The notes beneath the pieces are model-generated. The model made no database searches and was not told the DNA's origin. It worked only from the letters and a program-made list of their open reading frames with translations. Below, in pieces: positions 1-8,122 of a stretch of DNA of 64,000 nucleotides. Position 1 is the stretch's first letter; every line of letters starts with the position of its first letter. This stretch comes from Patescibacteria group bacterium (GTDB lineage: Bacteria; Patescibacteriota; Minisyncoccia; Phycocordibacterales; PALSA-1337), in NCBI GenBank assembly GCA_028865095.1, contig JAGWLA010000001.1:47244-111243 (forward strand). Direction: 5' to 3'. The translations under genes and the position numbers were made by a program.

Positions 1-2
1 AC

Positions 3-1094
3 GAGGTCGCGTTCCAAGGGAAGCTCTCCGAGCCGTTCAACTTCTCCGGCGGCTCGGGGCGGTCATTCGACTACCGCGGCTATCTGGCGAAAGACGACAT
101 CTATTATGAGATGAAGAGCGCCGTCGTCTCGTCGGATGGCTCGCGCGCGTCGCTGACATCCATCCTCTATGGCCTGAAGCGCTCCTTCGTCGCCCATCTC
201 GAGTCGGCTCTCGGCGAGCCGCATGCAGCCCTCGCGGCTGGGCTGGTGGTAGGGGAGAAGGCTGCTCTCGGCAAGGACTTGCTCGCTGATTTCAGGACGG
301 TCGGGCTCATCCACATCGTCGTGCTCTCGGGCTTCAATATCACCGTCGTCGCGGTGGCCATGCGGCGCATCCTGTCGTTCCTGCCCCGGGTCTGGGGCAT
401 CGTCATCGGCGGAGCGGGCATCGCCCTTTTCGGGATCCTGGTCGGCGGCGGAGCCACCGTAATCCGCTCATGCTTCATGGGGATCGTCGCTCTGGTCGCC
501 GACCTCATCCGGCGGGATTACAGCGTCCATAGAGCGTTGGGGTTCGCCGCGCTGGTGATGCTCATCGAGAGCCCGCTCGTCCTGCTCCATGACCCGTCCT
601 TCCAGCTGTCGTTCTTGGCGACAGTCGGGCTTGTCCTTCTCGCGGGCCCGATCGGCGCCAGGCTCGGCTGGGTCCCGGAGCGTTTCGGCATACGGGAGAC
701 CGTGGCGGCCACCCTCGCCACCCAGGTCTTCGTGTCCCCCTACATCCTCTATATGATGGGGCAGATATCGCTCATAGGCGCAGCCGTCAATATCCTGGTC
801 TTGCCGTTCATCCCCGCTACCATGCTGGCGGTCTTCCTGACCGGAGCAGCCGGCTTCGTCTCGGCCGCCCTGTCGCAGGTCGCCGGCTGGGCGGCGCACC
901 TCCTGCTCTCGTACGAGCTCTTCATGGTCTGGCATTTCGCCCGAGTGCCGTTCGCTGCGGCGTATGTCCCGCCGTTCCCGTTCTGGTGGGTGGCCGTGTT
1001 CTATGCGGCGCTCGCCGGCGGATACCTCGCCATCAAAGCGCGCGCCAAAAAGGGCGGAGACAGGCTTCCGCTTCCGTCTCCGCCCCGCGCGTGA
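3..1094 (+). CDS. comEC: ComEC/Rec2 competence membrane-channel domain, 5'-partial (open frame continues upstream of window)
   Basis: Frame is open from position 3 with no stop before the listed Met. Multi-TM protein with a GLIHIVVLSGFNIT segment typical of the ComEC competence domain. Confidence 0.65.
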   Translation, partial: EVAFQGKLSEPFNFSGGSGRSFDYRGYLAKDDIYYEMKSAVVSSDGSRASLTSILYGLKRSFVAHLESALGEPHAALAAGLVVGEKAALGKDLLADFRTVGLIHIVVLSGFNITVVAVAMRRILSFLPRVWGIVIGGAGIALFGILVGGGATVIRSCFMGIVALVADLIRRDYSVHRALGFAALVMLIESPLVLLHDPSFQLSFLATVGLVLLAGPIGARLGWVPERFGIRETVAATLATQVFVSPYILYMMGQISLIGAAVNILVLPFIPATMLAVFLTGAAGFVSAALSQVAGWAAHLLLSYELFMVWHFARVPFAAAYVPPFPFWWVAVFYAALAGGYLAIKARAKKGGDRLPLPSPPRA

Positions 1095-1109
1095 CGCGCC
1101 TCCCCCGCG

Positions 1110-1718
1110 CTATCCTTGCGCCCGCTTGAAGTTGTCTTCGATGGCTGCCCAGTTCAGGTTGGCGAAGAAGTCGTCTATATAGCGCTTCTTGCCGGACGGC
1201 TGATAGTCGGCCACGTAGGAATGCTCCCACATGTCCAAGCCGAGGATCATCGCGCAGCCGTTGAAGTGGCCGAGATGCTGCTCGTCGACCCAAGAAGTCA
1301 TCAGGCGCCGGTCGGTGCGGTCATACCAAAGGACAGCCCAGCCGATGCCGCGAACGGAAGCGGCCATAGCCTTGAAGCCGGCGATGAATTCATCGAACGG
1401 GGCGCAATCGGCTTCGATGGCCGCGCGGAGGGGGCTCCCTTCGGCGAGGGGAGCCGGCCCTCCTTCGAGCGAGGAGAAATAGACTTCATGATTGCGCATG
1501 CCGTCGTATTCGAAGCTCAGGCGGCGCCGCAGCTCGCCGATGACGTACGCGTTCGCTTCGCGGTCCTTCCGATATTCCACGATCTTGTCTTGGATGGCGT
1601 TAGCGTTCTTGACGTAGCCTTGATAGAGCTTGATGTGCTCTTCGACGGTCGTGGCCGATATGCCGGTGAGGGCGGGGATCTTGAATTCTCGCGGAGTGAA
1701 TTGTCTCATGGTGTTCAT
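1110..1718 (-). CDS. sod: Fe/Mn-family superoxide dismutase
   Basis: C-terminal DMWEHSY motif, GWAVLWYD and NHEVYF segments match Fe/Mn SOD. Start chosen at MNTMRQFT (ATG 1718); the ORF upstream of that looks spurious. Confidence 0.85.
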   Translation of the reverse strand: MNTMRQFTPREFKIPALTGISATTVEEHIKLYQGYVKNANAIQDKIVEYRKDREANAYVIGELRRRLSFEYDGMRNHEVYFSSLEGGPAPLAEGSPLRAAIEADCAPFDEFIAGFKAMAASVRGIGWAVLWYDRTDRRLMTSWVDEQHLGHFNGCAMILGLDMWEHSYVADYQPSGKKRYIDDFFANLNWAAIEDNFKRAQG

Positions 1719-1824
1719 GTGTGATGTTAGCTGTCGATTAATGAGCCGATGGCATAGGTTGATTTTACCTTTTTTTGATGGAGATTTGAAAGCGGCTTGA
1801 GCGTTCCTTGAGGAGCGCCGGCAT

Positions 1825-2748
1825 ATGCTGTCATCGTGCATGGAGAAAGGCGCATCGAATAAAGTGATCGCCATCGCGACGTGCGCGGCTGCGCTCGCCT
1901 CGATCGGCGGCTATGTCTGGCATGCCTCCATACGCCCGCCTGTGCTCGAGATATACGTCTTCGATACGCCGGGCGCCCCATCCGTGCTGGTCAGGACGCC
2001 CGACGATAGGCGCATCCTCATAGACGGCGGTTCGAACGGCTCCGTGGTCAGGGGGCTGACGGAAGCTCTGCCGTTCTATTCCCGGCGGATAGACGCCGTC
2101 GTGCTCACGAGCGCCGACGCGGCGCATGCCGCCGGCCTCGTCGGGGTGACGGAGCGGTATGCGGTCGGCGCGGCGCTCGTGCCATCGCTCGACCCCGTCT
2201 CTCTCGGCCTGGCGAGCTCGACCGACCCCGCCTGTCAGGCGCTCTTCAGCGCGCTCGCCGCGAAGGGAACGCCGGTCAAGCCGGTCTCGGCAGGGCAGAC
2301 GATCGATCTCGGCGGCTCCGTCGCCATGGACGCGCTCTTCCCGGCGCCCGCGGAGAGCTTCGCTTATTCCCGTGCCAGCCCGCCGATGATGCTCGTCGCC
2401 ATACGCTATGGCCGGACCAGCGCCATCCTGGGCGGTTCGGCGAGCGTCAAAATCCAGAAGAGCGTCGCATCACGTCTCGCCCCCGCCGACGTCCTGATCG
2501 TCTCGACGAGCGCTCTGGCGTCGAATCTGGCGCGCGAATTCCTTTCCGCCGCCGCGCCCCGCTTCCTCGTCTACGCGCGCCCCGTCGGGAAGAACGGCGG
2601 GAAAGCCGGAGCTGCGGGCGAGAAGCATGAAGCCGACCCTTTGGCCGGCTTCATGGAAGATCATCGGTTCGATATCAGGGAAGGGGGAACGGTCAGGATC
2701 GTCTCCGACGGGTCCTCCGTCAGGGCCGAAAAAATCGGGCCTATATGA
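1825..2748 (+). CDS. Stand-alone ComEC-type metallo-beta-lactamase-fold domain protein with a degenerate metal-binding motif
   Basis: ILIDGG...IDAVVLTSADAAHAAG aligns to the ComEC MBL domain motif (ILIDAG...LTHPDADHIGG) but HxHxDH is degraded to SADAAH. A GAGGAG Shine-Dalgarno-like sequence lies 8 nt upstream of ATG 1825. Confidence 0.55.
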   Translation: MLSSCMEKGASNKVIAIATCAAALASIGGYVWHASIRPPVLEIYVFDTPGAPSVLVRTPDDRRILIDGGSNGSVVRGLTEALPFYSRRIDAVVLTSADAAHAAGLVGVTERYAVGAALVPSLDPVSLGLASSTDPACQALFSALAAKGTPVKPVSAGQTIDLGGSVAMDALFPAPAESFAYSRASPPMMLVAIRYGRTSAILGGSASVKIQKSVASRLAPADVLIVSTSALASNLAREFLSAAAPRFLVYARPVGKNGGKAGAAGEKHEADPLAGFMEDHRFDIREGGTVRIVSDGSSVRAEKIGPI

Positions 2749-2983
2749 TGCCGGCGTCGCGGAGAGCGCGGAACGCGCCCTTCTTGGCGATGGTGCGGAG
2801 GCCGCGCGCCGAGACCGTGAGGCGGACCGACTTCTTGAGCTCGGGCACGAAGACCGTCTTCTTCTGGAGATTGGGATAGCGGCGCACCGTCCCGCACGGA
2901 TTGAATTGCGTGGCGCGGGTGCGGTTAGAATACCTGCCGCCCGTCATCGAGCCCCTCTTGGTGATGTCGCATATCTTTGCCAT
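2741..2983 (-). CDS. rpmB: 50S ribosomal protein L28
   Basis: MAKICDITKRG...RVSARGLRTIAKKG matches the L28 family. The ORF upstream of this Met is spurious. Confidence 0.85.
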   Translation of the reverse strand: MAKICDITKRGSMTGGRYSNRTRATQFNPCGTVRRYPNLQKKTVFVPELKKSVRLTVSARGLRTIAKKGAFRALRDAGII

Positions 2984-3001
2984 AGTGGGCCATATGCTAT
3001 C

Positions 3002-3658
3002 ATGGGCTGCACGGAATGTAAATACAACCGCATGATAGCCCTCATATACATCGTCATCCTCATATTCTCGGTCATCATCCATGAAGTCTCGCATGGCTAT
3101 ATGGCCGACCGTCTCGGCGACCCGACCGCCCGCCTCTCGGGAAGGCTGACCCTCGACCCGCTCAAGCATATCGACCCCATCGGCTCCGTCATCGTGCCGC
3201 TCGCCACCTATCTTCTCGGAGGATTCGCGTTCGGCTGGGCTAAGCCGGTGCCTTACAATCCTTATAATCTCAAGAACAAGCGCTTGGGCGAGTTCCTGAT
3301 CGCCGCGGCGGGCCCGGCCTCGAATCTCGTCCTGGCGCTGATCTTCGGCCTGGTCATACGGCTCGTCGCGAGCGGGGCCGTCTCTGTGGACGCGGCCGTC
3401 GCGGCTCCTTTCCTGACGGTCGTATCGTACGTGGTCGTCATCAACATAATCTTGGCGATATTCAACCTCATACCGCTGCCGCCTCTCGACGGGTCGAAGC
3501 TCCTATTCTCGATCCTGCCCGCTCAATACGGGCGTGCGCGCTATATCCTGGAAGCGTATGCGCCTTTCTGGGTCCTCATCGTGGTCTTCTTCCTTTGGCA
3601 GCTCGTCAGCCCGGTCATACCTTTCATCTTCAATCTATTCACCGGCATCGGCTCCTGA
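3002..3658 (+). CDS. M50 family (site-2 protease-like) membrane zinc metalloprotease
   Basis: HEVSHG (HExxH) motif inside a TM helix, multi-TM, about 210 aa. Start could be ATG 3002 or 3032. Confidence 0.75.
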   Translation: MGCTECKYNRMIALIYIVILIFSVIIHEVSHGYMADRLGDPTARLSGRLTLDPLKHIDPIGSVIVPLATYLLGGFAFGWAKPVPYNPYNLKNKRLGEFLIAAAGPASNLVLALIFGLVIRLVASGAVSVDAAVAAPFLTVVSYVVVINIILAIFNLIPLPPLDGSKLLFSILPAQYGRARYILEAYAPFWVLIVVFFLWQLVSPVIPFIFNLFTGIGS

Positions 3659-3850
3659 AAGAAGCTCCCTCAGCCTTTCGCTTGCGCAGCTCCTTCTTCC
3701 GTGATATCGTGCTCCCACTGCCGGAAGCGCACGGAGATATCCGTGGACGGCACGAAAACGCAATTACCAGCCCCGTTTGAGTAATCGTCCAGGCCGTCTC
3801 GGCCGACGACGGTGAACCATCAGGCGGGAAGATCGAAAAACGCATTTATC

Positions 3851-4270
3851 ATGCCTACTATAAATCAGCTCACCAAGTCCCATCGCGCTCGTTTCAAGCG
3901 GAAGTCGAAGTCCGTCGCTCTGACGCGCACTTTCAATTCGATCGAGAACCGCCCGAGCTTCTTCCCGGCTCCCTTCAAGCGCGGCGTCTGCGTGAAGGTC
4001 ACCACTAAGACCCCTAAGAAGCCGAACTCCGCCATCCGAAAGATCGCCCGCGTCCGTCTGTCGAACGGCATGGAAGTGACGGCCTATGTCCCGGGCATGG
4101 GGCATAACCTCCAGGAGCACTCCGTCGTCCTGCTCCGCGGCGGCCGCGTCAAAGACGTCGGCCTCCGTTACTCGGTCGTGCGCGGCGTCCTGGACTGCGC
4201 CGGCGTCGAGGCCCGCAGGAAGGGCCGCAGCCAGTACGGCAACAAGAAGCCTAAAGCCGCTAAAGCCTAA
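3851..4270 (+). CDS. rpsL: 30S ribosomal protein S12
   Basis: MPTINQLTK...PKKPNSA...LRGGRVKD is near-identical to the S12 consensus, with a short N-terminal insertion. Confidence 0.96.
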   Translation: MPTINQLTKSHRARFKRKSKSVALTRTFNSIENRPSFFPAPFKRGVCVKVTTKTPKKPNSAIRKIARVRLSNGMEVTAYVPGMGHNLQEHSVVLLRGGRVKDVGLRYSVVRGVLDCAGVEARRKGRSQYGNKKPKAAKA

Positions 4271-4279
4271 TACACCACC

Positions 4280-4750
4280 ATGCGACGCAAACTCAACATC
4301 AAGCGCGAGCTGAAGCCGGACATGACCTATCAGTCGCTCAAGCTCGCCAAATTCACCAACTACGTCATGGAATCGGGCAAGAAGACGGTCGCCCGCGACA
4401 TCGTCGCCGACTGCATGGCCGCCATCAAGGAGCAGGCCAAGGTCGAGAATCCTCTCGAGCTCTTCGAGGAAGCCCTTCGCAACACGGCTCCGGCCATGGA
4501 GGTCCGTTCCCGCCGCGTCGGAGGCGCCAACTACCAGGTCCCTCGCGAGGTCAGGCCCGAGCGCAAGCAGGCGCTTTCCATGAAATGGATCATCGAGGCC
4601 GCCCGTTCCAAGAAGGGCAAGCCTATCGCCTTGAAGCTCGCCGACGAGATCATCGCCGCTTCCAAGAACGAAGGCGAAGCCGTCAAGAAGCGCGAGAACG
4701 TCCACAAGATGGCCGAGGCCAACAAGGCATTCGCCCACTTCGCCTGGTAA
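4280..4750 (+). CDS. rpsG: 30S ribosomal protein S7
   Basis: S7 family sequence directly downstream of rpsL. Confidence 0.95.
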   Translation: MRRKLNIKRELKPDMTYQSLKLAKFTNYVMESGKKTVARDIVADCMAAIKEQAKVENPLELFEEALRNTAPAMEVRSRRVGGANYQVPREVRPERKQALSMKWIIEAARSKKGKPIALKLADEIIAASKNEGEAVKKRENVHKMAEANKAFAHFAW

Positions 4751-4777
4751 TAAGGAGCCGAGAGCAGCGCTCTCCGC

Positions 4778-4807
4778 GGCCCCGCCGACAGATCGATCGG
4801 CGGGGCC
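4778..4807. terminator. GC-rich hairpin (10-bp stem) after rpsG, candidate bidirectional terminator
   Basis: GGCCCCGCCG / CGGCGGGGCC inverted repeat 28 nt after the rpsG stop. No clear U-tract. Confidence 0.4.
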
Positions 4808-4892
4808 GTTGTCGCATCCGATGGCCATAAAGCGCCGCGCCGCGCGATAAAAAAGCTCCTATGAAGGAGCTGGGGTCATCAGGCTGTCTCAT

Positions 4893-5288
4893 TCAGCGCC
4901 TTGTCAGCGCCGTCATGGCGATCGGTCCAGGGCCGCCCATGAGGGTGCCGCCGTCCGACCGCCTGAATTGCTTCCGAGGCAGGCGTATCCACCGGTTTGA
5001 GAGCGGAAGGAATAGCGCCTCGGATGGCACTGATCGCGACACTGCCAACCCTTCGTACTCGAGCTTCTCGAGCGAGCTCTCGACATCGGCGGCTTTCAGC
5101 CGCCCGCGGATGTGGACCTCCATATCTTGCTTGATCGTCCCGATGTCCTCCCATTCCGGACGCAGCACCTCCATGAAGTCGTAGTGGCCTACTTTGACGA
5201 AGCGCTGCGCGTGGAGATATGCGATCAAGCCGACGGCCGATGCCGCGAAGATGGCTAGGTATACGTCAGACGGGTCTATAGCGCTCAT
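4893..5288 (-). CDS. Hypothetical small membrane protein
   Basis: N-terminal TM helix and high GC3 in this frame. No recognisable family. Confidence 0.35.
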   Translation of the reverse strand: MSAIDPSDVYLAIFAASAVGLIAYLHAQRFVKVGHYDFMEVLRPEWEDIGTIKQDMEVHIRGRLKAADVESSLEKLEYEGLAVSRSVPSEALFLPLSNRWIRLPRKQFRRSDGGTLMGGPGPIAMTALTRR

Positions 5289-5424
5289 AGCAATGTTCTC
5301 TGTGCTTATTTGCGGGAAGGGTAGCCCGGAGGCCGGGCTCTGTCAATGCTCAGAGACGCAGTCGACGGCTCGCCCGAAGGCTGCTATGATTGCTGCATAA
5401 CAACGTACGAGCTAATCCAATAAC

Positions 5425-5868
5425 ATGAGCGCGATCAAAAACTATGCGGCAGGCTTCTTCATCCTCGCGGTGGTGGTCTTGGCAGCCATATCCATCCTCG
5501 GCGTCTGGGATATCCTCAAAGGCGATGTCATCACCAAATCATTCCAGACCCTCGGCCTCTTGGCCTTCGTCGCCGCGATCGTCATGATCGCCGGCCGGGC
5601 CATGGATTCGAGGTCGGAGGCGGTCTATGTTCCCAGCCCTGTCTGGGCGAGCCTGCGCAAGGGCACGCTCGGCCTCCTGATCGCGGCAGTATCCATACTC
5701 GCGCTTCTCGGCATACTCTCCATCTGGGACATCATATCCGACCAGAACGTGCTCTTCAGGTCGATCGGTTCCGTCGCTATCCTGGCTTTCTCCGCCCTGA
5801 TCATCGTCGGCACATGCAAGACCATGGAAGGGGACAAGAAAGCCTCGATGCCGCCGGCTTCACAGTGA
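5425..5868 (+). CDS. Hypothetical 4-TM membrane protein with an internal duplication
   Basis: Two repeated halves (ILGVWDILKGD... and ILSIWDIISDQ...), each with two TM helices. Confidence 0.5.
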   Translation: MSAIKNYAAGFFILAVVVLAAISILGVWDILKGDVITKSFQTLGLLAFVAAIVMIAGRAMDSRSEAVYVPSPVWASLRKGTLGLLIAAVSILALLGILSIWDIISDQNVLFRSIGSVAILAFSALIIVGTCKTMEGDKKASMPPASQ

Positions 5869-5882
5869 ACCTTCGTTCACCT

Positions 5883-5888
5883 ATACTG
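5883..5888 (+). promoter_or_regulatory. TATACT -10 box 5 nt upstream of the dinB ATG (leaderless pattern)
   Basis: CCTATACTGTCTGGATG. Confidence 0.4.
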
Positions 5889-5893
5889 TCTGG

Positions 5894-7153
5894 ATGCGCA
5901 GGCATGACCCAGACTTCCCGAAAGCCATAGTGCATATCGACGGAGATTCGTTCTTCGTCTCGTGCGAGCTGACTCGCCGGCCGGAGCTGAAAGGCCGGCC
6001 ATGCGTGACGGGAATGGAGCGGGGGATCGCCACAGCGGCTAACCCGGAGGCCAAAGCCCTCGGCGTCATCAGGGGCATGCGAGTCAGCGACATCCGGCGC
6101 CTCTATCCGGGAACAGTCATCCTCGAGTCCGACTACGGGCTCTATCGCGATATCGCCGGCAAGATGTACGAGATCGTCCGGCGCTACGCTGACGACGTGG
6201 AAGAATACTCGATCGACGAATGCTTCGCTGATCTGACCGGCCTCGACCGCCCGTCCCATACGACTTACGAAGCCATGGCCCGGGCCATCCAGGCCGACCT
6301 TCACCGGGAGCTCGGAGTGACATTCGGCGCCGGCCTCGGGGTCAATAAGGTCACCGCCAAGATCGCCTCTAAATGGCGCAAGCCGGCAGGCTTCACGGTC
6401 ATCCGTCGCGGGGATATCCCGCGCTTCCTCGAGGCTCTGCCTATCGGCAAAGTCTGGGGCATCGGAGGCCGCACGACGGTCTCTCTCCGCAGCCTCGGCA
6501 TCGTCACCGCTCTCGACCTGGCCCGCAAGGACCGGGCCTGGGTGGACGAGCGGTGCGACAAGCCTTTGCGCGAGATATGGGAAGAATTCCAGGGCGCGTG
6601 CGTCAAGCCGGTGGTCGGAGGCTCCGAGCAGCACGGGTTCGCGTCCGTCCAGCGCACCCGCACTTTCTGGCCCGCCACTGCCGACCCGGCGTTCCTTTGG
6701 TCCCAGGTCTCATCGCACGCGGAAGACGCATGCGAGAAGCTGCGCGCCGGCGGCCGGCTCGCGCGCCGCGCTTCGATCATGCTGAAGACCCGAGATTTCT
6801 CGTATCTCAGGAGCGAAGCGGAGCTCCCCGATCCGACGGCCGCTCCCGAAGAGGTCCTTCGGGCCCTTCGGCCGCGCTTCGAGGCGCTCTTCCGCCCTGG
6901 CTTGGCCTATCGGGCGAGCGGCATCTCGCTTCATGGCCTTGCCGTCGAAGAAGCCATGACCGGGAGCTTGTTCGCTCCGCCGGAGCGCCTCAGCAAGTCT
7001 CGCGCCGTCCATGCCGCCGCCGACCGCTTGGCGGCCCGCTTCGGCAAGGGCATCGTTTTCCTCGGATCCAGCTGGCAAGCGGTCAAAGAGGGCAGGAAGA
7101 GCGGGCGGCCGCGGGAGAAGCCGTCGCGGGGAGGGATCAGGTTCCTGGAGTGA
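5894..7153 (+). CDS. dinB: DNA polymerase IV (Y-family translesion polymerase)
   Basis: IVHIDGDSFFVSCE and SIDECFADLTG catalytic motifs of the DinB/UmuC family. Confidence 0.85.
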   Translation: MRRHDPDFPKAIVHIDGDSFFVSCELTRRPELKGRPCVTGMERGIATAANPEAKALGVIRGMRVSDIRRLYPGTVILESDYGLYRDIAGKMYEIVRRYADDVEEYSIDECFADLTGLDRPSHTTYEAMARAIQADLHRELGVTFGAGLGVNKVTAKIASKWRKPAGFTVIRRGDIPRFLEALPIGKVWGIGGRTTVSLRSLGIVTALDLARKDRAWVDERCDKPLREIWEEFQGACVKPVVGGSEQHGFASVQRTRTFWPATADPAFLWSQVSSHAEDACEKLRAGGRLARRASIMLKTRDFSYLRSEAELPDPTAAPEEVLRALRPRFEALFRPGLAYRASGISLHGLAVEEAMTGSLFAPPERLSKSRAVHAAADRLAARFGKGIVFLGSSWQAVKEGRKSGRPREKPSRGGIRFLE

Positions 7154-7174
7154 CCTCCGGCTCTGTCGGCGTGC

Positions 7175-7180
7175 TATACT
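7175..7180 (+). promoter_or_regulatory. TATACT -10 box 6 nt upstream of ATG 7187
   Basis: GCTATACTTTTCCCATG. Confidence 0.35.
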
Positions 7181-7186
7181 TTTCCC

Positions 7187-7459
7187 ATGTCAGACCACCC
7201 GTCTCTCGATGCGATCCGGGAAGAAGAGCGCAAAGTCCGCGCCGCGGTCAAGGAGAGGCTCGTCGGCTATATCCTTGCGGCGTTCGGCTTTGTGGCCGGC
7301 TTGGCCTGGAACAACGCCATCACCGGAGCCATCGACCATTTCTTCCCGAAGGCCGGCAGCGGCGTCATCGCCCAATTCATATATGCCATCGTCCTGACGG
7401 TGGCGGTAGCCGTCGTCGCTTACTACATCTCCCGTCTCTTCGTCGAAGAGAAAAAATAA
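7187..7459 (+). CDS. Hypothetical small 2-TM membrane protein
   Basis: 90 aa with two hydrophobic helices. Confidence 0.5.
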   Translation: MSDHPSLDAIREEERKVRAAVKERLVGYILAAFGFVAGLAWNNAITGAIDHFFPKAGSGVIAQFIYAIVLTVAVAVVAYYISRLFVEEKK

Positions 7460-7508
7460 AAAACCCATCTTTCGATGGGCTGCTGAGCTCACTGGCAGGG
7501 CCGGGCTT

Positions 7509-7916
7509 TTAGGCGGAGCGGGCGTGGTACAGTATGCCGGCGACGACCCATTCCATGGCTCGTGCCCGCTTCTCGGGGGACAGAGCCTCTTCTCCGCTCT
7601 CGCGCTCCTCCTCGATCCCCATCGTGACTTTGATGACGCCGTCGACGATGAGCCGGTAGCGATCAATCCCGAATTCTCGAGCGGTATGGGCGTTCTCGTC
7701 CAAGTGCTTGGTCAGAGCTTTAGCGTCGAGAGTGCTGAAGAACATCGATCCGTCGCTCACTTGAAACCCCCGATAATGTCCCAGGCTCGAATATATGAAG
7801 GCGAGGAATTCGTCGCCAGCGATCCCGTTAAGGTCGATGCTGGTGATGACGAATCCGTGCCCGCAGTCCTTGGACACCTTATCGGTGAGAGTCGGCGCCG
7901 CTGTAGCAGTGCTCAT
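7509..7916 (-). CDS. Hypothetical protein (about 135 aa)
   Basis: Start taken at MSTATAAP. No family recognised. Confidence 0.45.
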   Translation of the reverse strand: MSTATAAPTLTDKVSKDCGHGFVITSIDLNGIAGDEFLAFIYSSLGHYRGFQVSDGSMFFSTLDAKALTKHLDENAHTAREFGIDRYRLIVDGVIKVTMGIEEERESGEEALSPEKRARAMEWVVAGILYHARSA

Positions 7917-8079
7917 AGGAATCTCTTTCTCTTTTATTGGTTGTGAATATGTCGGTTCGCACTGATTTATGACACATTTCTTTTTGTTTTGCAACTGTGG
8001 TCTATGCTTTGCCGATATCGCCTGATATCCTCTGCAGGAGGGAAAAAGATCATGCATGATTGAATTCCGGGCGACGGTA

Positions 8080-8087
8080 TGTATAAT
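8080..8087 (+). promoter_or_regulatory. Extended -10 (TGTATAAT) upstream of the surface-protein gene P1
   Basis: TGTATAAT lies 35 nt upstream of ATG 8123. Confidence 0.35.
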
Positions 8088-8122
8088 GCCGCCATTAATA
8101 CGAATACAAAAACAGAGAATCC

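Noticed and set aside
3764-4828. 354-aa minus-strand ORF overlapping rpsL and rpsG
   Set aside because: Antisense to two unambiguous ribosomal protein genes. Long stop-free antisense frames are expected at ~65% GC. No recognisable motifs.
6373-7512. 379-aa plus-strand alternative-frame ORF inside dinB (Arg/Pro/Gly-rich)
   Set aside because: Shadow frame of dinB. No motifs.
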